Assembly (NCBI GenBank): GCA_036652575.1
Contig: JAVVVP010000002.1
Location: forward strand, 25,154 to 89,153
Length of the DNA stretch: 64,000 nt
Source: Bacteroidaceae bacterium
GTDB taxonomy: Bacteria; Bacteroidota; Bacteroidia; Bacteroidales; Bacteroidaceae
Direction of reading: 5' to 3'
Shown: positions 28,439-38,998 of the stretch, in pieces
How positions within the stretch are numbered: position 1 is the stretch's first letter
Layout of the letters: each line of letters begins with the position of its first letter
Position numbers and translations under genes: made by a program
The notes under the pieces: generated by a model
Seen by the model: the letters and a program-made list of their open reading frames with translations, nothing else
Databases searched by the model: none
What the model was told of the DNA's origin: nothing

Positions 28439-30106
28439 TTAAAGAGTTAGTGTCTGAGAACAAAAATCTAATATTTTTGTTCTATGTGTAACAAATATGA
28501 GTGTTCGATCCTTATTCGCTTCAATTATATTTTTTATCAATTTTTCCTCTGTCTCTCCATCCAGGGCAGATGTCGCTTCGTCTAATAGAAGTATCTTGCA
28601 GTTCCTAAGTAATGCTCTTGCTATACAAATTCTCTGAGCTTGTCCTTCTGAAAGTCCATACCCCTGTTCACCGCATCGCGTTTCTATACCTAGTGGCAAC
28701 TGTTTAAATACAAATTCTGCACACGCACTTTTTAAAGCGTCTTTTATTTGCTTGTCTGTAGCTGTTGGATTACCGAGTAGCAGATTTTCTAAAATAGTTC
28801 CACTGAAAAGTGTATTCCCTTGGGGAACATAGGCAAAATTGCATCTAGACAAGGAACTGATTTTCTCTTCTTTTACATGGTTATATAGAATGACATTCCC
28901 GCTATTGGGCCGTATAAGTGATAACATAAGACGCACGAGGGTTGTTTTCCCAGCACCCGTTTCACCCAAAATAGCAATACAACCATTGGGACTAAAATCA
29001 TAGCTGAAATGATCGAATATTTTTTTGCCGTCTTTTATATAAGAATACGTTACATTTTCGTATCTAATACCGATAGCTCCGTCTAAGGGGTGTGATGGTT
29101 CCTTGGTTTCTTGAGGCACTCTATCAAGTTCTATAAGTCTTTCACTAGCTGTAAATACGCTTATAAATAACGGAACGAATTTGGTAAGGCTGCTAACAGG
29201 ACGTTGTATTTGTCCTACGAGTTGGATAAAGGCAATCATAGCTCCATAGCTTATTTCATGACTTTCTAGCCGACTAACCCCCCAAAGGAAGGCAACCAAA
29301 TAACCTGCAGAAAAACCAATACTCATTATAGTAGAAGACGATGCTGCATATTTTGTTTTGTTTCGAACTTGTGAACGCAATGTTTTTTGAAAAGAGGCAA
29401 GACGTTCTGTTATTGTTTGACTCCTTTCTAAGGTTTTAATAACCATACGATGCTGTACACTTTCTTGAAGTATGGATTGTATCTTGCTATCGCTGTTGCG
29501 TATTTCGTGAGTGAGATTACGCATTTTCTTGATATATAATTTACTTAGTAATATAAATATAGGCGCTATGATTACGACAATACAAGCTAAATTCTTATCT
29601 AGAACAAACAAAAACAAGAAGGCACCTATTAGTTGTACGAAAATTGTAATTAGTTGTGGTAATTGTTCTGTAAGAAAATTCGTGGTGTCTGTTACATCTC
29701 TTTCTATTCTATTTAGGATGTCTCCGCTATGATAATTCTCCAATCCTTGCCATTCGCTATTGAGGAGCTTTTCAAAAAGTTTCTTTTGCATCTGATTTTG
29801 TGCTTTAACTCCTAAAATAGCTCTTATCCATTTGCTGATAAATGTGATAATGATTTGTGTGAAAAGAATCACAATAAGTAAAATTGCGCCATTTGTTATG
29901 GTGTAGGAGGCGTTACCGAGTGTTGCAATATCTATAGTGAATTTAGTAGCCCATACAAACATTAGTTCTAGAAGTACGATGCCTACTCCTAGCGTTGTAT
30001 TGATTAGAGCTTGCATACGATTCTCTTTTAGTATATCCCAAAGCCATGCTGCTATTATTCGTATTGGAATAGATTCTTTATCTGTCTTCTTTTTAAATAT
30101 CTTCAT
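28439..30106 (-). CDS. ABC exporter, fused permease/ATPase (MsbA-like type I)
   Basis: 555 aa with six N-terminal TM helices. Walker A GETGAGKTT, signature LSEGQAQR and Walker B ILLLDEATSALD are present. Confidence 0.9.
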   Translation of the reverse strand: MKIFKKKTDKESIPIRIIAAWLWDILKENRMQALINTTLGVGIVLLELMFVWATKFTIDIATLGNASYTITNGAILLIVILFTQIIITFISKWIRAILGVKAQNQMQKKLFEKLLNSEWQGLENYHSGDILNRIERDVTDTTNFLTEQLPQLITIFVQLIGAFLFLFVLDKNLACIVVIIAPIFILLSKLYIKKMRNLTHEIRNSDSKIQSILQESVQHRMVIKTLERSQTITERLASFQKTLRSQVRNKTKYAASSSTIMSIGFSAGYLVAFLWGVSRLESHEISYGAMIAFIQLVGQIQRPVSSLTKFVPLFISVFTASERLIELDRVPQETKEPSHPLDGAIGIRYENVTYSYIKDGKKIFDHFSYDFSPNGCIAILGETGAGKTTLVRLMLSLIRPNSGNVILYNHVKEEKISSLSRCNFAYVPQGNTLFSGTILENLLLGNPTATDKQIKDALKSACAEFVFKQLPLGIETRCGEQGYGLSEGQAQRICIARALLRNCKILLLDEATSALDGETEEKLIKNIIEANKDRTLIFVTHRTKILDFCSQTLTL

Positions 30107-30110
30107 CTTT

Positions 30111-31001
30111 TCATCTACGTTGATCCGTACCCCACATTAGTTTATCTCGAAGAGTACAAAAAAAACTTTTTCCTAATTGTTTTACAACCTTAATTGTATA
30201 GGGCGCTTTTTTTATTGTAATTACAGTTGTCGCTTTACAGCTTTCGCTCCTACCATCTATTGCTACGAGAAAATTATGGCTTCTGCTTCCTATATTCAGT
30301 GTTATTTCTACGTCGTCACATAAAACAATTGGTCTAACGTTAAGACTGTGTGGAGCTACAGGCGTAAGTACAATGGATGTACTCTGCGGTACAATAATGG
30401 GACCTCCTACGCTTAAAGAATATCCGGTTGATCCCGTGGGGGTAGAAACGATTAAGCCATCAGCTTGATAGGTGGTAAGAAATTCACCATTAATATGGGT
30501 CGTGATAGCTATCATTGAAGAATTATCGTGTTTTAGTACAACAATTTCATTTAGAGCACATGGATATAAATCTTTGGATGAGAGCGCCTCTTTGTTTACT
30601 TGTAGAATTGTTCTTTCTTCTATTTCGTATTCTTTATGATAAATAGCACGTACCGCTGCCTCTATTTCATTGGGCGAAACTTCTGCCATAAAGCCCAATC
30701 GTCCGATGTTGATGCCAAGAATCGGAATGTTTTTATTGCCAACTGCACTTGCTGCTTTAAGAAACGTACCATCGCCACCAAGGCAAATAACAAAATCTGC
30801 ACAAAAGTTAGAAGTCTCGATGATTTCATCAGGCTTTATTGTCAAGCAAAGAGTGGTGGATAGATATTGATAAAACTCTTTTTCAATAGCAAGTACGGCA
30901 CCGTGATCTGATAAAGCCTTTACGACTGAACCTACAAAAGCAGACTTTTCTTCCTGATAAATGTTCCCGAAAAGGGCAAATTTTATGTGTTGTTGCTCCA
31001 T
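30111..31001 (-). CDS. nadK: NAD kinase
   Basis: 296 aa with GGDGT, NxGxLGF (INIGRLGFM) and TPTGSTGYSLS motifs. Lies 4 nt upstream of the ABC exporter gene. Confidence 0.9.
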   Translation of the reverse strand: MEQQHIKFALFGNIYQEEKSAFVGSVVKALSDHGAVLAIEKEFYQYLSTTLCLTIKPDEIIETSNFCADFVICLGGDGTFLKAASAVGNKNIPILGINIGRLGFMAEVSPNEIEAAVRAIYHKEYEIEERTILQVNKEALSSKDLYPCALNEIVVLKHDNSSMIAITTHINGEFLTTYQADGLIVSTPTGSTGYSLSVGGPIIVPQSTSIVLTPVAPHSLNVRPIVLCDDVEITLNIGSRSHNFLVAIDGRSESCKATTVITIKKAPYTIKVVKQLGKSFFCTLRDKLMWGTDQRR

Positions 31002-31049
31002 ATATTCTATTTTAATACTTTTCCCTATGCTTTAGATGGAAGTTTTTAT

Positions 31050-31057
31050 TACTTTTG
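31050..31057 (+). promoter_or_regulatory. -7 box TACTTTTG, candidate pdxJ promoter
   Basis: Exact TAnnTTTG match, 75 nt upstream of the pdxJ ATG. Confidence 0.35.
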
Positions 31058-31073
31058 CAAAAGGAAAGTCTTG

Positions 31074-31081
31074 CAAAAATA
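31074..31081 (-). promoter_or_regulatory. -7 box (TATTTTTG on minus strand), candidate nadK promoter
   Basis: Plus-strand CAAAAATA, 73 nt upstream of the nadK ATG, in a divergent intergenic region. Confidence 0.35.
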
Positions 31082-31131
31082 CCACATTTTTTGCATTATC
31101 TCCTACCTGAACGTCAAATTAATAATTGAAG

Positions 31132-31845
31132 ATGACAAAATTAAGCGTTAACATCAATAAGATTGCGACACTTCGCAACGCCCGAGGAGGTGATAACCCA
31201 AATGTATTGAGAGTCGCTCTTGATTGTGAAACATTTGGAGCACAAGGAATTACTGTACATCCACGCCCCGATGAAAGGCATATTCGCTATCAAGATGTAC
31301 GAGACCTAAAGCATAGCATAAGGACAGAATTTAATATAGAAGGTTATCCCAACCAAAGTTTTTGTGAGCTTGTACTCGAAGTCTCTCCCACGCAAGTAAC
31401 TCTTGTTCCTGATGCACCCAATCAACTGACATCTAATCACGGTTGGGATACGAAGAAAAACGAAGCTTTTTTGTGCCACACGGTGAAGGTTTTTAAAGAA
31501 GCAGGTATCCGAACATCTCTATTTGTTTCTACAGATTTAGAAATGATAGATTATGCTGCAAAAATCGGTTCTGATCGTGTAGAACTTTACACAGAACCTT
31601 ATGCTACACTTTTTCCTTCTAATAAGCAGGAGGCTGTTCTTTCTTTTCTTGAAGCTGCAAAGCGAGCAAAAGAGAATGGACTAGGATTAAATGCAGGTCA
31701 TGATTTGAGCTTAGACAATATTGCTTATTTACATTCTGCTATTCCTTGGATAGACGAAGTTAGCATAGGGCATGCACTTATTTGCGAAGCTTTATACTTC
31801 GGATTAGAAACTACCATCAAAAGATATTTAAACTATTTACAATAA
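31132..31845 (+). CDS. pdxJ: Pyridoxine 5'-phosphate synthase
   Basis: [28 protein letters not shown] and NAGHDL motifs are present. The ORF-track start at 31126 is a TTG, so the ATG at 31132 is preferred. Confidence 0.93.
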   Translation: MTKLSVNINKIATLRNARGGDNPNVLRVALDCETFGAQGITVHPRPDERHIRYQDVRDLKHSIRTEFNIEGYPNQSFCELVLEVSPTQVTLVPDAPNQLTSNHGWDTKKNEAFLCHTVKVFKEAGIRTSLFVSTDLEMIDYAAKIGSDRVELYTEPYATLFPSNKQEAVLSFLEAAKRAKENGLGLNAGHDLSLDNIAYLHSAIPWIDEVSIGHALICEALYFGLETTIKRYLNYLQ

Positions 31846-31859
31846 ATACTCCATTCAAA

Positions 31860-32420
31860 ATGAAAATAATACACTTATTTCTTGCTACTGGTTTTGAAGA
31901 AACCGAAGCAATACAAATTGTTGATATAATTCGCCGTGCAGGGCTAGAAATTCATACGGTTTCTATAACGGATAGCAAACAAGTTCTTAGCTCACACGAT
32001 ATTCTAATAACGGCCGATGAACTGATTGCAGAAGCTAATTTAGAGGAGAGTCAACTCTTTATATTACCAGGTGGAATGCCAGGAGCTACAAATCTTTCAA
32101 AATGCGATGCTTTGCGTTCTGCCATTATAACGCATTTTAATACAGGAAAATTAATTTCTGCTATTTGTGCAGCACCTTTAGTTTATGGTCTAATGGGACT
32201 TCTTGAGGGAAAGCGTGCTACGTGTTATCCAGGCTTTGAGGAATATCTTAAAGGAGCTCAATGCACTGGTTCTCTTGTAGAAATAGATGGAAATATTATT
32301 ACAGGAAAGGGTCCTGCAGCAGCTATGCCATTTGCGTTTGCATTAGTTGAAAGGCTTGCGGGTAAGGAATTGACCGATAGCGTTAAAGCTGGAATGCTAT
32401 ATTCAGAACTTGTGAAATGA
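31860..32420 (+). CDS. DJ-1/PfpI (ThiJ/YajL-like) family protein
   Basis: 186 aa counted from [16 protein letters not shown], with the nucleophile elbow AICAAP. The ORF-track start at 31782 overlaps the pdxJ 3' end and is rejected. Confidence 0.85.
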   Translation: MKIIHLFLATGFEETEAIQIVDIIRRAGLEIHTVSITDSKQVLSSHDILITADELIAEANLEESQLFILPGGMPGATNLSKCDALRSAIITHFNTGKLISAICAAPLVYGLMGLLEGKRATCYPGFEEYLKGAQCTGSLVEIDGNIITGKGPAAAMPFAFALVERLAGKELTDSVKAGMLYSELVK

Positions 32421-33091
32421 ATTCTCTTCTCGTAGTAGCAGGCGGAAAAGGGGTAAGAATGGGTAGCTCACTTCCAAAACAATTTTTGGAAATAGCTGGA
32501 ATGCCTGTGCTTATGCGTACGATCTTGAACTTCTATGAGTTTGATAAATCCATAAAAATAATACTCGTGCTACCTCGTGCTCAACAAGATTATTGGAGAA
32601 CCTTGTGTCAAACTTATGGATTCTGTATAGAACACAAGATAGCAGATGGAGGTGAAACTCGTTTTCATTCCGTAAAGAATGGGTTGGCATTGATCGATTG
32701 TAAGTCAGAACTTGTCATGATACATGATGGCGTACGACCTTTTGTTTCTCATACTGTTCTTCGGGAGTGCTTGCGTGTTGCTAAACAAAAGCAAGTTGCA
32801 ATACCTGTCATATCTCCATCTGAAAGCATTCGTCAGCTTGTAGCAGAAGATCAGAGTATGGCAGTAGATCGCTCACTTTATCGTATAGTTCAAACACCAC
32901 AAACATTTGATGTTCAATTGATAAAGAAAGCTTATGAGCAACCTTATTGCGAGCATTTTACAGACGATGCTTCGGTCGTAGAACGTATAGGAGGAAAAAT
33001 AGAATTGGTAGAGGGTAATATTGAAAATATTAAGCTTACAACACCCTTTGACCTGAAGGTCGCGGAAGTTTTGCTTAGCAAAACTTATTGA
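32417..33091 (+). CDS. ispD: 2-C-methyl-D-erythritol 4-phosphate cytidylyltransferase
   Basis: 224 aa with [26 protein letters not shown] and QTPQTF motifs. There is an ATGA overlap with the upstream gene. Confidence 0.9.
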   Translation: MNSLLVVAGGKGVRMGSSLPKQFLEIAGMPVLMRTILNFYEFDKSIKIILVLPRAQQDYWRTLCQTYGFCIEHKIADGGETRFHSVKNGLALIDCKSELVMIHDGVRPFVSHTVLRECLRVAKQKQVAIPVISPSESIRQLVAEDQSMAVDRSLYRIVQTPQTFDVQLIKKAYEQPYCEHFTDDASVVERIGGKIELVEGNIENIKLTTPFDLKVAEVLLSKTY

Positions 33092-33096
33092 GTTTT

Positions 33097-35196
33097 ATGT
33101 ACGATATTTTTTTACAAGATATTAAATATCTAAAAGGTATTGGGCCATCACGCTCAAAGCTTCTAAATGATGAACTCGGCATTTTTTCGCTGAATGATTT
33201 GCTTTATTTTTTTCCTTTTAAGTACATCGATCGCAGCTCTATCTATTTTATCAACCACTTGCAGGTTGGAATGCCTTTTGTACAGCTAAAAGGTAAAATT
33301 ATAAGTTTTAATACAGAAGGGGAAGGACGTAAACGTCGTCTTTCTGCTTTGTTTTCAGATGGTACAGGAACCATAGAGTTAATATGGTTTGCAGGTATAA
33401 AGTTCATTGCCAAAAGTCTAAAGTTTAATCAAACGTATGTGTTACTCGGAAAACCGATTTCTTTCAATGGAAAATTCTCTATCTCTCATCCTGAAATGGA
33501 TGAAATAGGAACTCGTGATAGTGACGTTTGTTTGCGACTTCAACCTTATTATCATACAACGGATCGAATGAAGCGACATGGACTGACGAGCAAAACGATG
33601 GAGCAAATTATAAAGAATCTATTTGCACAGATCCAAGATAAAATAACAGAAACCTTGCCTCTCTATTTACTCTCTGAGCAAAAACTGATTGGGCTTAGTG
33701 AGGCATTATATCAAATCCATCAGCCAACTACTAGCAACGATTTGCCATCCGCCGAACGACGACTAAAGTTTGAGGAGCTGTTTTACTTACAACTTAACAT
33801 TTTGAGATATGCAAAAGATCGAAAATTGAAATATCGTGGCAACGTTTTTTCAAAAGTAGGTGAAAACTTTCTGCAATTTTTCAATGAACATTTACCATTT
33901 GTGCTCACAGAAGCACAAAAGAGGGTGATAAAAGAGATAAGAAAGGATTTGGGAAGCGGGAGGCAAATGAACCGTTTGTTGCAAGGAGATGTGGGCAGCG
34001 GAAAAACGATGGTGGCTTTAATGACAATGCTTATTGCTCTTGATAATGGGTATCAAGTATGTTTGATGGCACCAACTGAAATTCTTGTAGAACAACATTT
34101 TACTACCATACGAAATTTGTTACACGGGATGAATATCACGGTTGATATGCTTACTGGTTTTGTTCGAGGACAACGTAGAGTGAAACTCCTTGAAAATGTA
34201 TTGTCTGGACAAATAAAGATATTGATAGGTACCCATGCGTTACTCGAAGAAACTGTAGCCTTCTCTAATCTAGGTATGGTCGTAATTGATGAGCAACATC
34301 GTTTTGGAGTAGCTCAACGCGCAAAGCTTTGGACTAAGAATGTAAAACCACCACATGTGCTTGTTATGACAGCAACACCTATACCACGAACCTTAGCTAT
34401 GACCGTGTATGGAGATCTAGATGTAAGTGTGATAGATGAATTACCGCCAGGGCGTAAACCGATTGAAACTCGGCACTATTTCGACAATAATATATGTCAA
34501 ATTTATTCGGGGATCCATCATGAAATAGAACTTGGGCATCAAGTTTATATGGTTTATCCTTTAATAAAGGAGAGTGAAAAAATAGACATTAAAAATTTAG
34601 AGGATGGATTTATACGCATTTCGCAATTATTTCCGCAGTATAAAATAGGAAAGCTTCACGGGAAAATGAAATCTGCCGAAAAGGATGCAGAGATGCAACG
34701 TTTTGTCAATGGTGAAACAAAAATACTTGTGGCGACAACGGTTATAGAGGTTGGTGTAAATGTACCGAATGCTTCTGTTATGATCATAGAAAATGCAGAG
34801 CGATTCGGCTTAGCTCAACTACATCAATTACGGGGGAGAGTAGGGCGTGGGGCTAAACAATCTTATTGTTTGCTTATTACAGGGCATAAATTAAGCGAAA
34901 CGACCACAAAACGAATGCAAATAATGGTCGAAACAACCGATGGCTTCGAAATAGCGGAAGAAGACTTAAAGTTGCGTGGTCCTGGCGATCTTGATGGTGT
35001 GCAACAAAGTGGAATAGCTTTTGATTTGAAAATTGCGAATATCACAAAAGATAATCAGTTATTACAATTGGCACGCGATGTTGCAACCCAACTTCTCAAC
35101 CAAGACTCTGAATGTGATTTACCTCAAAACGAAATTATTTGGCATCAGCTTCGTAAACTTCGAAAAACGAATGTAAATTGGTCTTCTATTTCCTAA
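33097..35196 (+). CDS. recG: ATP-dependent DNA helicase RecG
   Basis: Wedge/OB N-domain, Walker A GDVGSGKT, DEQHRFGV, TATPIPRT and QLRGRVGRG. The ATG at 33097 is preferred over the TTG at 33088. Confidence 0.95.
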   Translation: MYDIFLQDIKYLKGIGPSRSKLLNDELGIFSLNDLLYFFPFKYIDRSSIYFINHLQVGMPFVQLKGKIISFNTEGEGRKRRLSALFSDGTGTIELIWFAGIKFIAKSLKFNQTYVLLGKPISFNGKFSISHPEMDEIGTRDSDVCLRLQPYYHTTDRMKRHGLTSKTMEQIIKNLFAQIQDKITETLPLYLLSEQKLIGLSEALYQIHQPTTSNDLPSAERRLKFEELFYLQLNILRYAKDRKLKYRGNVFSKVGENFLQFFNEHLPFVLTEAQKRVIKEIRKDLGSGRQMNRLLQGDVGSGKTMVALMTMLIALDNGYQVCLMAPTEILVEQHFTTIRNLLHGMNITVDMLTGFVRGQRRVKLLENVLSGQIKILIGTHALLEETVAFSNLGMVVIDEQHRFGVAQRAKLWTKNVKPPHVLVMTATPIPRTLAMTVYGDLDVSVIDELPPGRKPIETRHYFDNNICQIYSGIHHEIELGHQVYMVYPLIKESEKIDIKNLEDGFIRISQLFPQYKIGKLHGKMKSAEKDAEMQRFVNGETKILVATTVIEVGVNVPNASVMIIENAERFGLAQLHQLRGRVGRGAKQSYCLLITGHKLSETTTKRMQIMVETTDGFEIAEEDLKLRGPGDLDGVQQSGIAFDLKIANITKDNQLLQLARDVATQLLNQDSECDLPQNEIIWHQLRKLRKTNVNWSSIS

Positions 35197-35211
35197 TCTT
35201 GATTTTCGAAA

Positions 35212-38184
35212 TTAGTTCTTTGATTTTTCAGGTTTCATTACAACTCCTAGACTATGCTTCCCATCCATTTTTATAATGATAGGATGATCAAAGTGTACGT
35301 GCCGAATATATTTTCCCTCCCAAATAGCTTGTTGCTCATTCAAAAAATCTTCATCAAAGAAACCGTCTCCTTTAAAGGGGTAGACCGTAAAGTAACCGAC
35401 ACCAAAGGAGGTTAGATTTTGGAAGAAGTGTGTGCCTTGGCTGGGATCTATATTGTAATTTTCTAATCCACATTCAACAATAACGCGTGCATTGCTTATA
35501 TTGGGCCATTTTACAGGTATTCCTAGCCAATGATCACTGCTTCCCCAACGACCTGGTCCCACAAGTACGTAATTCGCATTCTGATCCGTAAACCGTTTGT
35601 TTAATTGTTCTAATTCATAAGCAATCAACTGATTACTTGATGCGCTGAAGGCTCCTGTTTTAACGTATACGATATCTTGCACATCATTTACGATACCATG
35701 CCCGAGCACGTTTTTTGCATTTAAAATGGTATCACAGTTGGGTAGGTTGCTTAAATCGTCTTCCATTATTTCTTTGTTGTCTACAATAGGGCGAATTTGG
35801 AGAAGATAGAAGATGGCTTGTTTATTATCGGCGGGGTTAATATTCATTGCAAATTCTATTTCAACAGGACGACCCATCTCTTGTTCTCCAATATGCAAGA
35901 TTTTATCGAGCGTTTTTGCGAGGGGAAAGACTTCGTGTTCAAGGATATTTACGAAGGATATTATTTTGCGCCCCCCCGAGTAATATCCTTCTCGAATAAT
36001 TTGATCGTAAGGATCGAAAGTAGAAGAGATAAGTCGAAGAGCATTGTCGTTATCGGCGTCTTTTATACTAAGTTTTAGTAAGTTGAAAGCGTCGTCTACT
36101 TCGAATTTAGAAGTTAGAGCCTTTAGATTTAGGGCATAAAAACGTGTCTGCGTTTCACGTAATGCCATATCCATCGTACTCATTTGGAGTATAGAATGTG
36201 GGTGACGAGGTGAAAAGCGTAAGGTTTGTCCTCCATCTACAATGTATTTTCCCAAACCGAGTGCTACGTTTGCTATGCCATCTTCGGCACGTTCGTTACC
36301 GATAGGATAAAAGTTGAGGGAACGTGCTACGCCCGACATCGTCGGATAGAAGCGATCTCCATATTTTGACCCCACTACTTCTTGTAATATAACGGCCATC
36401 TTTTCTTGGTCAATCAAGTTGGAAGTTGCCCTCATATATGCTTTACTATCTTTATAAAAGACAGAAGCATAGACCGCCTTAATGGCTCCTCGCAAAGAAT
36501 GAAGCATAACGGTTTGGTCCTTAACCTTTGGAACCATATAGGTGGAGTAAATCCCTGCAAAAGGTTGATAATGTGAATCTTCAAGCAAACTAGATGAACG
36601 AATCGCAATCGGACTTTTAATAATTTCGAAGAAGGCTGTAAGATCATCTATTAGACTTGAGGGAAGACTAGCGGATAAAAAAGCTTGCAAAATATCTTCG
36701 TCAGATGCATCACTTAGTGCTATGGGATAAAGATCATTTGTGTCCATAAACTCGTCAAATATATCGGTGCAAATAACGACAGTTTTGGGTATATTCACTT
36801 CGAAGTTTTCACTTTCTAGTTTTGGATAGCGTGTTGTCATGGATCCCATAAAAGCTAATCCTCTTCCTTTACCACCTAGACTACCATTTCCGATACGGGC
36901 AAAGTTAGAGTACTCATCAAATCGTTCTTTGCGATAGATGGCTACGACACCCGTATTTTTCATTCGGCGATATTGCACGATAAGATCAAAGATAAGTTGG
37001 CGTGCTTCGCCCATATCCTTATAATCACTCACATCTACACGTTTTAGAATTTCGGCGGGAGGAAACATCGCTCGAGAGTAGAAAAAACGTGAAAAGTGAT
37101 TGCGCGAAAGATGATAAACGAGTGAATCGTCGGGAATCCTAAAGATTTTTTGTTGTAAGTCTTTTAGATCTTTAATGCGCATTATTTCCTCTTTGGTTTG
37201 AGGATTAAGTATCACAAAGTCGCCAAAGCCAAAACGCCTCATAATGTGGTAGCGTAGATCTTGTGGATAACTCTTTGAGTTTTTATCCACAAAGCTTGCA
37301 CCGAGCTCTTTTGCATACACTCGATTTGCTGCATCAGAGGATTCTAAAATAAAGGGAACAATTTCTCCTGTCTTACGAACATATTGCCCAAATTTATATC
37401 CAGCATAATTATCCTTTATGCCTTGATGACTAAAGCTCATATCGCTTACAATACCAAGCATATTGTCTTTGTATTGTTCAAAGATACGAATGGCTTCCTC
37501 GTAGGTCCTAGCTAACTTAATCTTTGGTCTTCCACGCATACGAAGTGTTTGCAGGTGATCATTGAGGGCTTCTTTTGAAAATTCACGACTTTGTTCAAGT
37601 ACAAATTTATAGAGATGAGGCAAAGCTGAGGAATAGAAGCGAATAGAATCTTCTACCAGTAAGATAATTTGTACACCTACGCTTGCAGCATCGTCTGGAG
37701 CATTCATTTTGTCCTCTATCAACTTGATGATAGCAAGTAGTAATTCGGAGTTCCCAAGCCATGAAAAAACATAATCGATAGCACTTAGATCTTCTTGTGC
37801 GACTCGCTTTGAGACTTCTTTTGAAAAAGGAGTAAGTACAACAATTGGTATATTGGGATAACGACTTTTGATTTCTTTTGCAGCGGAAAAGATGTCACTA
37901 TTATCCATATTCGGCATACAAATAATAAGTTCAAAATTTCGATCTTCCAGCTCTGCAAGAGCTTCTGTTTCTGTTGTTACTTGCGTAAAGCGAGGGGGAT
38001 AACGAAGAGATAGTGATGTATATTCGTTAAATATCTGTTCGTCCACTCGTCCATCGTCTTCCAGCATAAAAGCATCGTATTTCGTCGCAATGAGCAGCAC
38101 ATTATAGATGCGCTTATTCATTAGGTTCGCGAAAGGTGTATCGCGAAAGGCGATGTCTTTAAAATCAGGAATTCCGCTCATCAT
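35212..38184 (-). CDS. Pseudo-receiver + receiver + PEP/pyruvate-binding (PPDK_N, ATP-grasp) domain protein
   Basis: 990 aa. Residues ~25-160 form a flavodoxin-like receiver fold lacking the acceptor Asp (ELIICMPNMD). Residues ~170-300 form a second receiver with LLVEDS and GIVSDMSF. These are followed by GGKGRGLAFM, IAIRSSSLLEDS and MAVILQEVVG blocks typical of the PPDK N-terminal domain. No GGxTSHAAIVAR-type swivel motif was seen. Confidence 0.72.
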   Translation of the reverse strand: MMSGIPDFKDIAFRDTPFANLMNKRIYNVLLIATKYDAFMLEDDGRVDEQIFNEYTSLSLRYPPRFTQVTTETEALAELEDRNFELIICMPNMDNSDIFSAAKEIKSRYPNIPIVVLTPFSKEVSKRVAQEDLSAIDYVFSWLGNSELLLAIIKLIEDKMNAPDDAASVGVQIILLVEDSIRFYSSALPHLYKFVLEQSREFSKEALNDHLQTLRMRGRPKIKLARTYEEAIRIFEQYKDNMLGIVSDMSFSHQGIKDNYAGYKFGQYVRKTGEIVPFILESSDAANRVYAKELGASFVDKNSKSYPQDLRYHIMRRFGFGDFVILNPQTKEEIMRIKDLKDLQQKIFRIPDDSLVYHLSRNHFSRFFYSRAMFPPAEILKRVDVSDYKDMGEARQLIFDLIVQYRRMKNTGVVAIYRKERFDEYSNFARIGNGSLGGKGRGLAFMGSMTTRYPKLESENFEVNIPKTVVICTDIFDEFMDTNDLYPIALSDASDEDILQAFLSASLPSSLIDDLTAFFEIIKSPIAIRSSSLLEDSHYQPFAGIYSTYMVPKVKDQTVMLHSLRGAIKAVYASVFYKDSKAYMRATSNLIDQEKMAVILQEVVGSKYGDRFYPTMSGVARSLNFYPIGNERAEDGIANVALGLGKYIVDGGQTLRFSPRHPHSILQMSTMDMALRETQTRFYALNLKALTSKFEVDDAFNLLKLSIKDADNDNALRLISSTFDPYDQIIREGYYSGGRKIISFVNILEHEVFPLAKTLDKILHIGEQEMGRPVEIEFAMNINPADNKQAIFYLLQIRPIVDNKEIMEDDLSNLPNCDTILNAKNVLGHGIVNDVQDIVYVKTGAFSASSNQLIAYELEQLNKRFTDQNANYVLVGPGRWGSSDHWLGIPVKWPNISNARVIVECGLENYNIDPSQGTHFFQNLTSFGVGYFTVYPFKGDGFFDEDFLNEQQAIWEGKYIRHVHFDHPIIIKMDGKHSLGVVMKPEKSKN

Positions 38185-38336
38185 ATTTGTTTAGAGTTCA
38201 AAAGTACTATTTTATTCGTAAACGAAGAAGGGTTGTACGATATAAAATAAAGAAAAGGGGGAATTTCGGAGCTTCAAAAAAGGAAGTGGAACTTCTCCAT
38301 GAGGCGGATTGGTTTCACTTCCTAAAACATAGCGGG

Positions 38337-38825
38337 TTATTTTACTTCTATTTTTTTCGGGATGGTGCGAACTCCTTTGGTTACAGCCTGAGTACCTGTT
38401 TTCTTACAATAATTATAATACTCATCCACAGAAAGGATAAGGGTATAAGAACCGTAATCCTTATCTGTAACGTTTAATCTAATTGTATTTCTTCCAGAGG
38501 AGGTAAGGCGTCCGCGAATGGTAGGTGTATAATCATCATGAGGTAAATAGATGTTTAAATAGCTTTCATCCATCATGGTCGTGATATTCCAAGTCCCACG
38601 GATTAGCCCATCATAATAGGATTCAACAGCTACTCTTTGATCTGGATAGAAATAGAAGGTGTCGTTATAAATATAAGGACTATTGTCTGAGTAGTCCACC
38701 ACATACCATTCGCCTGCAAACCAATATTCAGCATTTGTATCTTCTTCTTCGCACGAAGAAAAAGAAGTAAAACAAAAGGTTATAGCGATGAGCATCATCA
38801 TCTTTCTGTAGATAAACTTTTTCAT
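38337..38825 (-). CDS. Small lipoprotein of unknown function
   Basis: 162 aa with a signal peptide and lipobox (FTSFSSC), followed by an acidic stretch and a Tyr-rich beta-type sequence. Confidence 0.6.
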   Translation of the reverse strand: MKKFIYRKMMMLIAITFCFTSFSSCEEEDTNAEYWFAGEWYVVDYSDNSPYIYNDTFYFYPDQRVAVESYYDGLIRGTWNITTMMDESYLNIYLPHDDYTPTIRGRLTSSGRNTIRLNVTDKDYGSYTLILSVDEYYNYCKKTGTQAVTKGVRTIPKKIEVK

Positions 38826-38855
38826 ATTAAGATCGTTTTAGATTAGTATTTCTTG

Positions 38856-38863
38856 CAAATATA
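38856..38863 (-). promoter_or_regulatory. -7 box (TATATTTG on minus strand) for the lipoprotein gene
   Basis: Plus-strand CAAATATA, 30 nt upstream of the ATG at 38825. Confidence 0.45.
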
Positions 38864-38998
38864 TTAAAAATATAAATACAAACAAACTGTTAATCGTTAT
38901 TTTTTTTAATTTTATAGAAGGTCTCTCTTGAAGCTTCCTGAAGAAGAGTTACGAACAACGTTGTTTAGTGTGTATGAATAGCGAAGAGAGCGGTTACG

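Noticed and set aside
31782-31859. N-terminal extensions in the ORF track: 31782 for the DJ-1 gene, 63242 for rpmI, 39816 for the DUF4468-like gene, 33088 for recG, and 31126 for pdxJ.
   Set aside because: They start at TTG/GTG codons, overlap upstream genes or promoter boxes, and add residues not seen in the conserved N-termini. The downstream ATG starts were used instead.
35069-35085. A second sigma-54-like sequence, TGGCACGCGATGTTGCA, near the 3' end of recG.
   Set aside because: GG-to-GC spacing is 13 nt instead of 12. It lies inside the recG coding sequence, and no plus-strand gene follows it.
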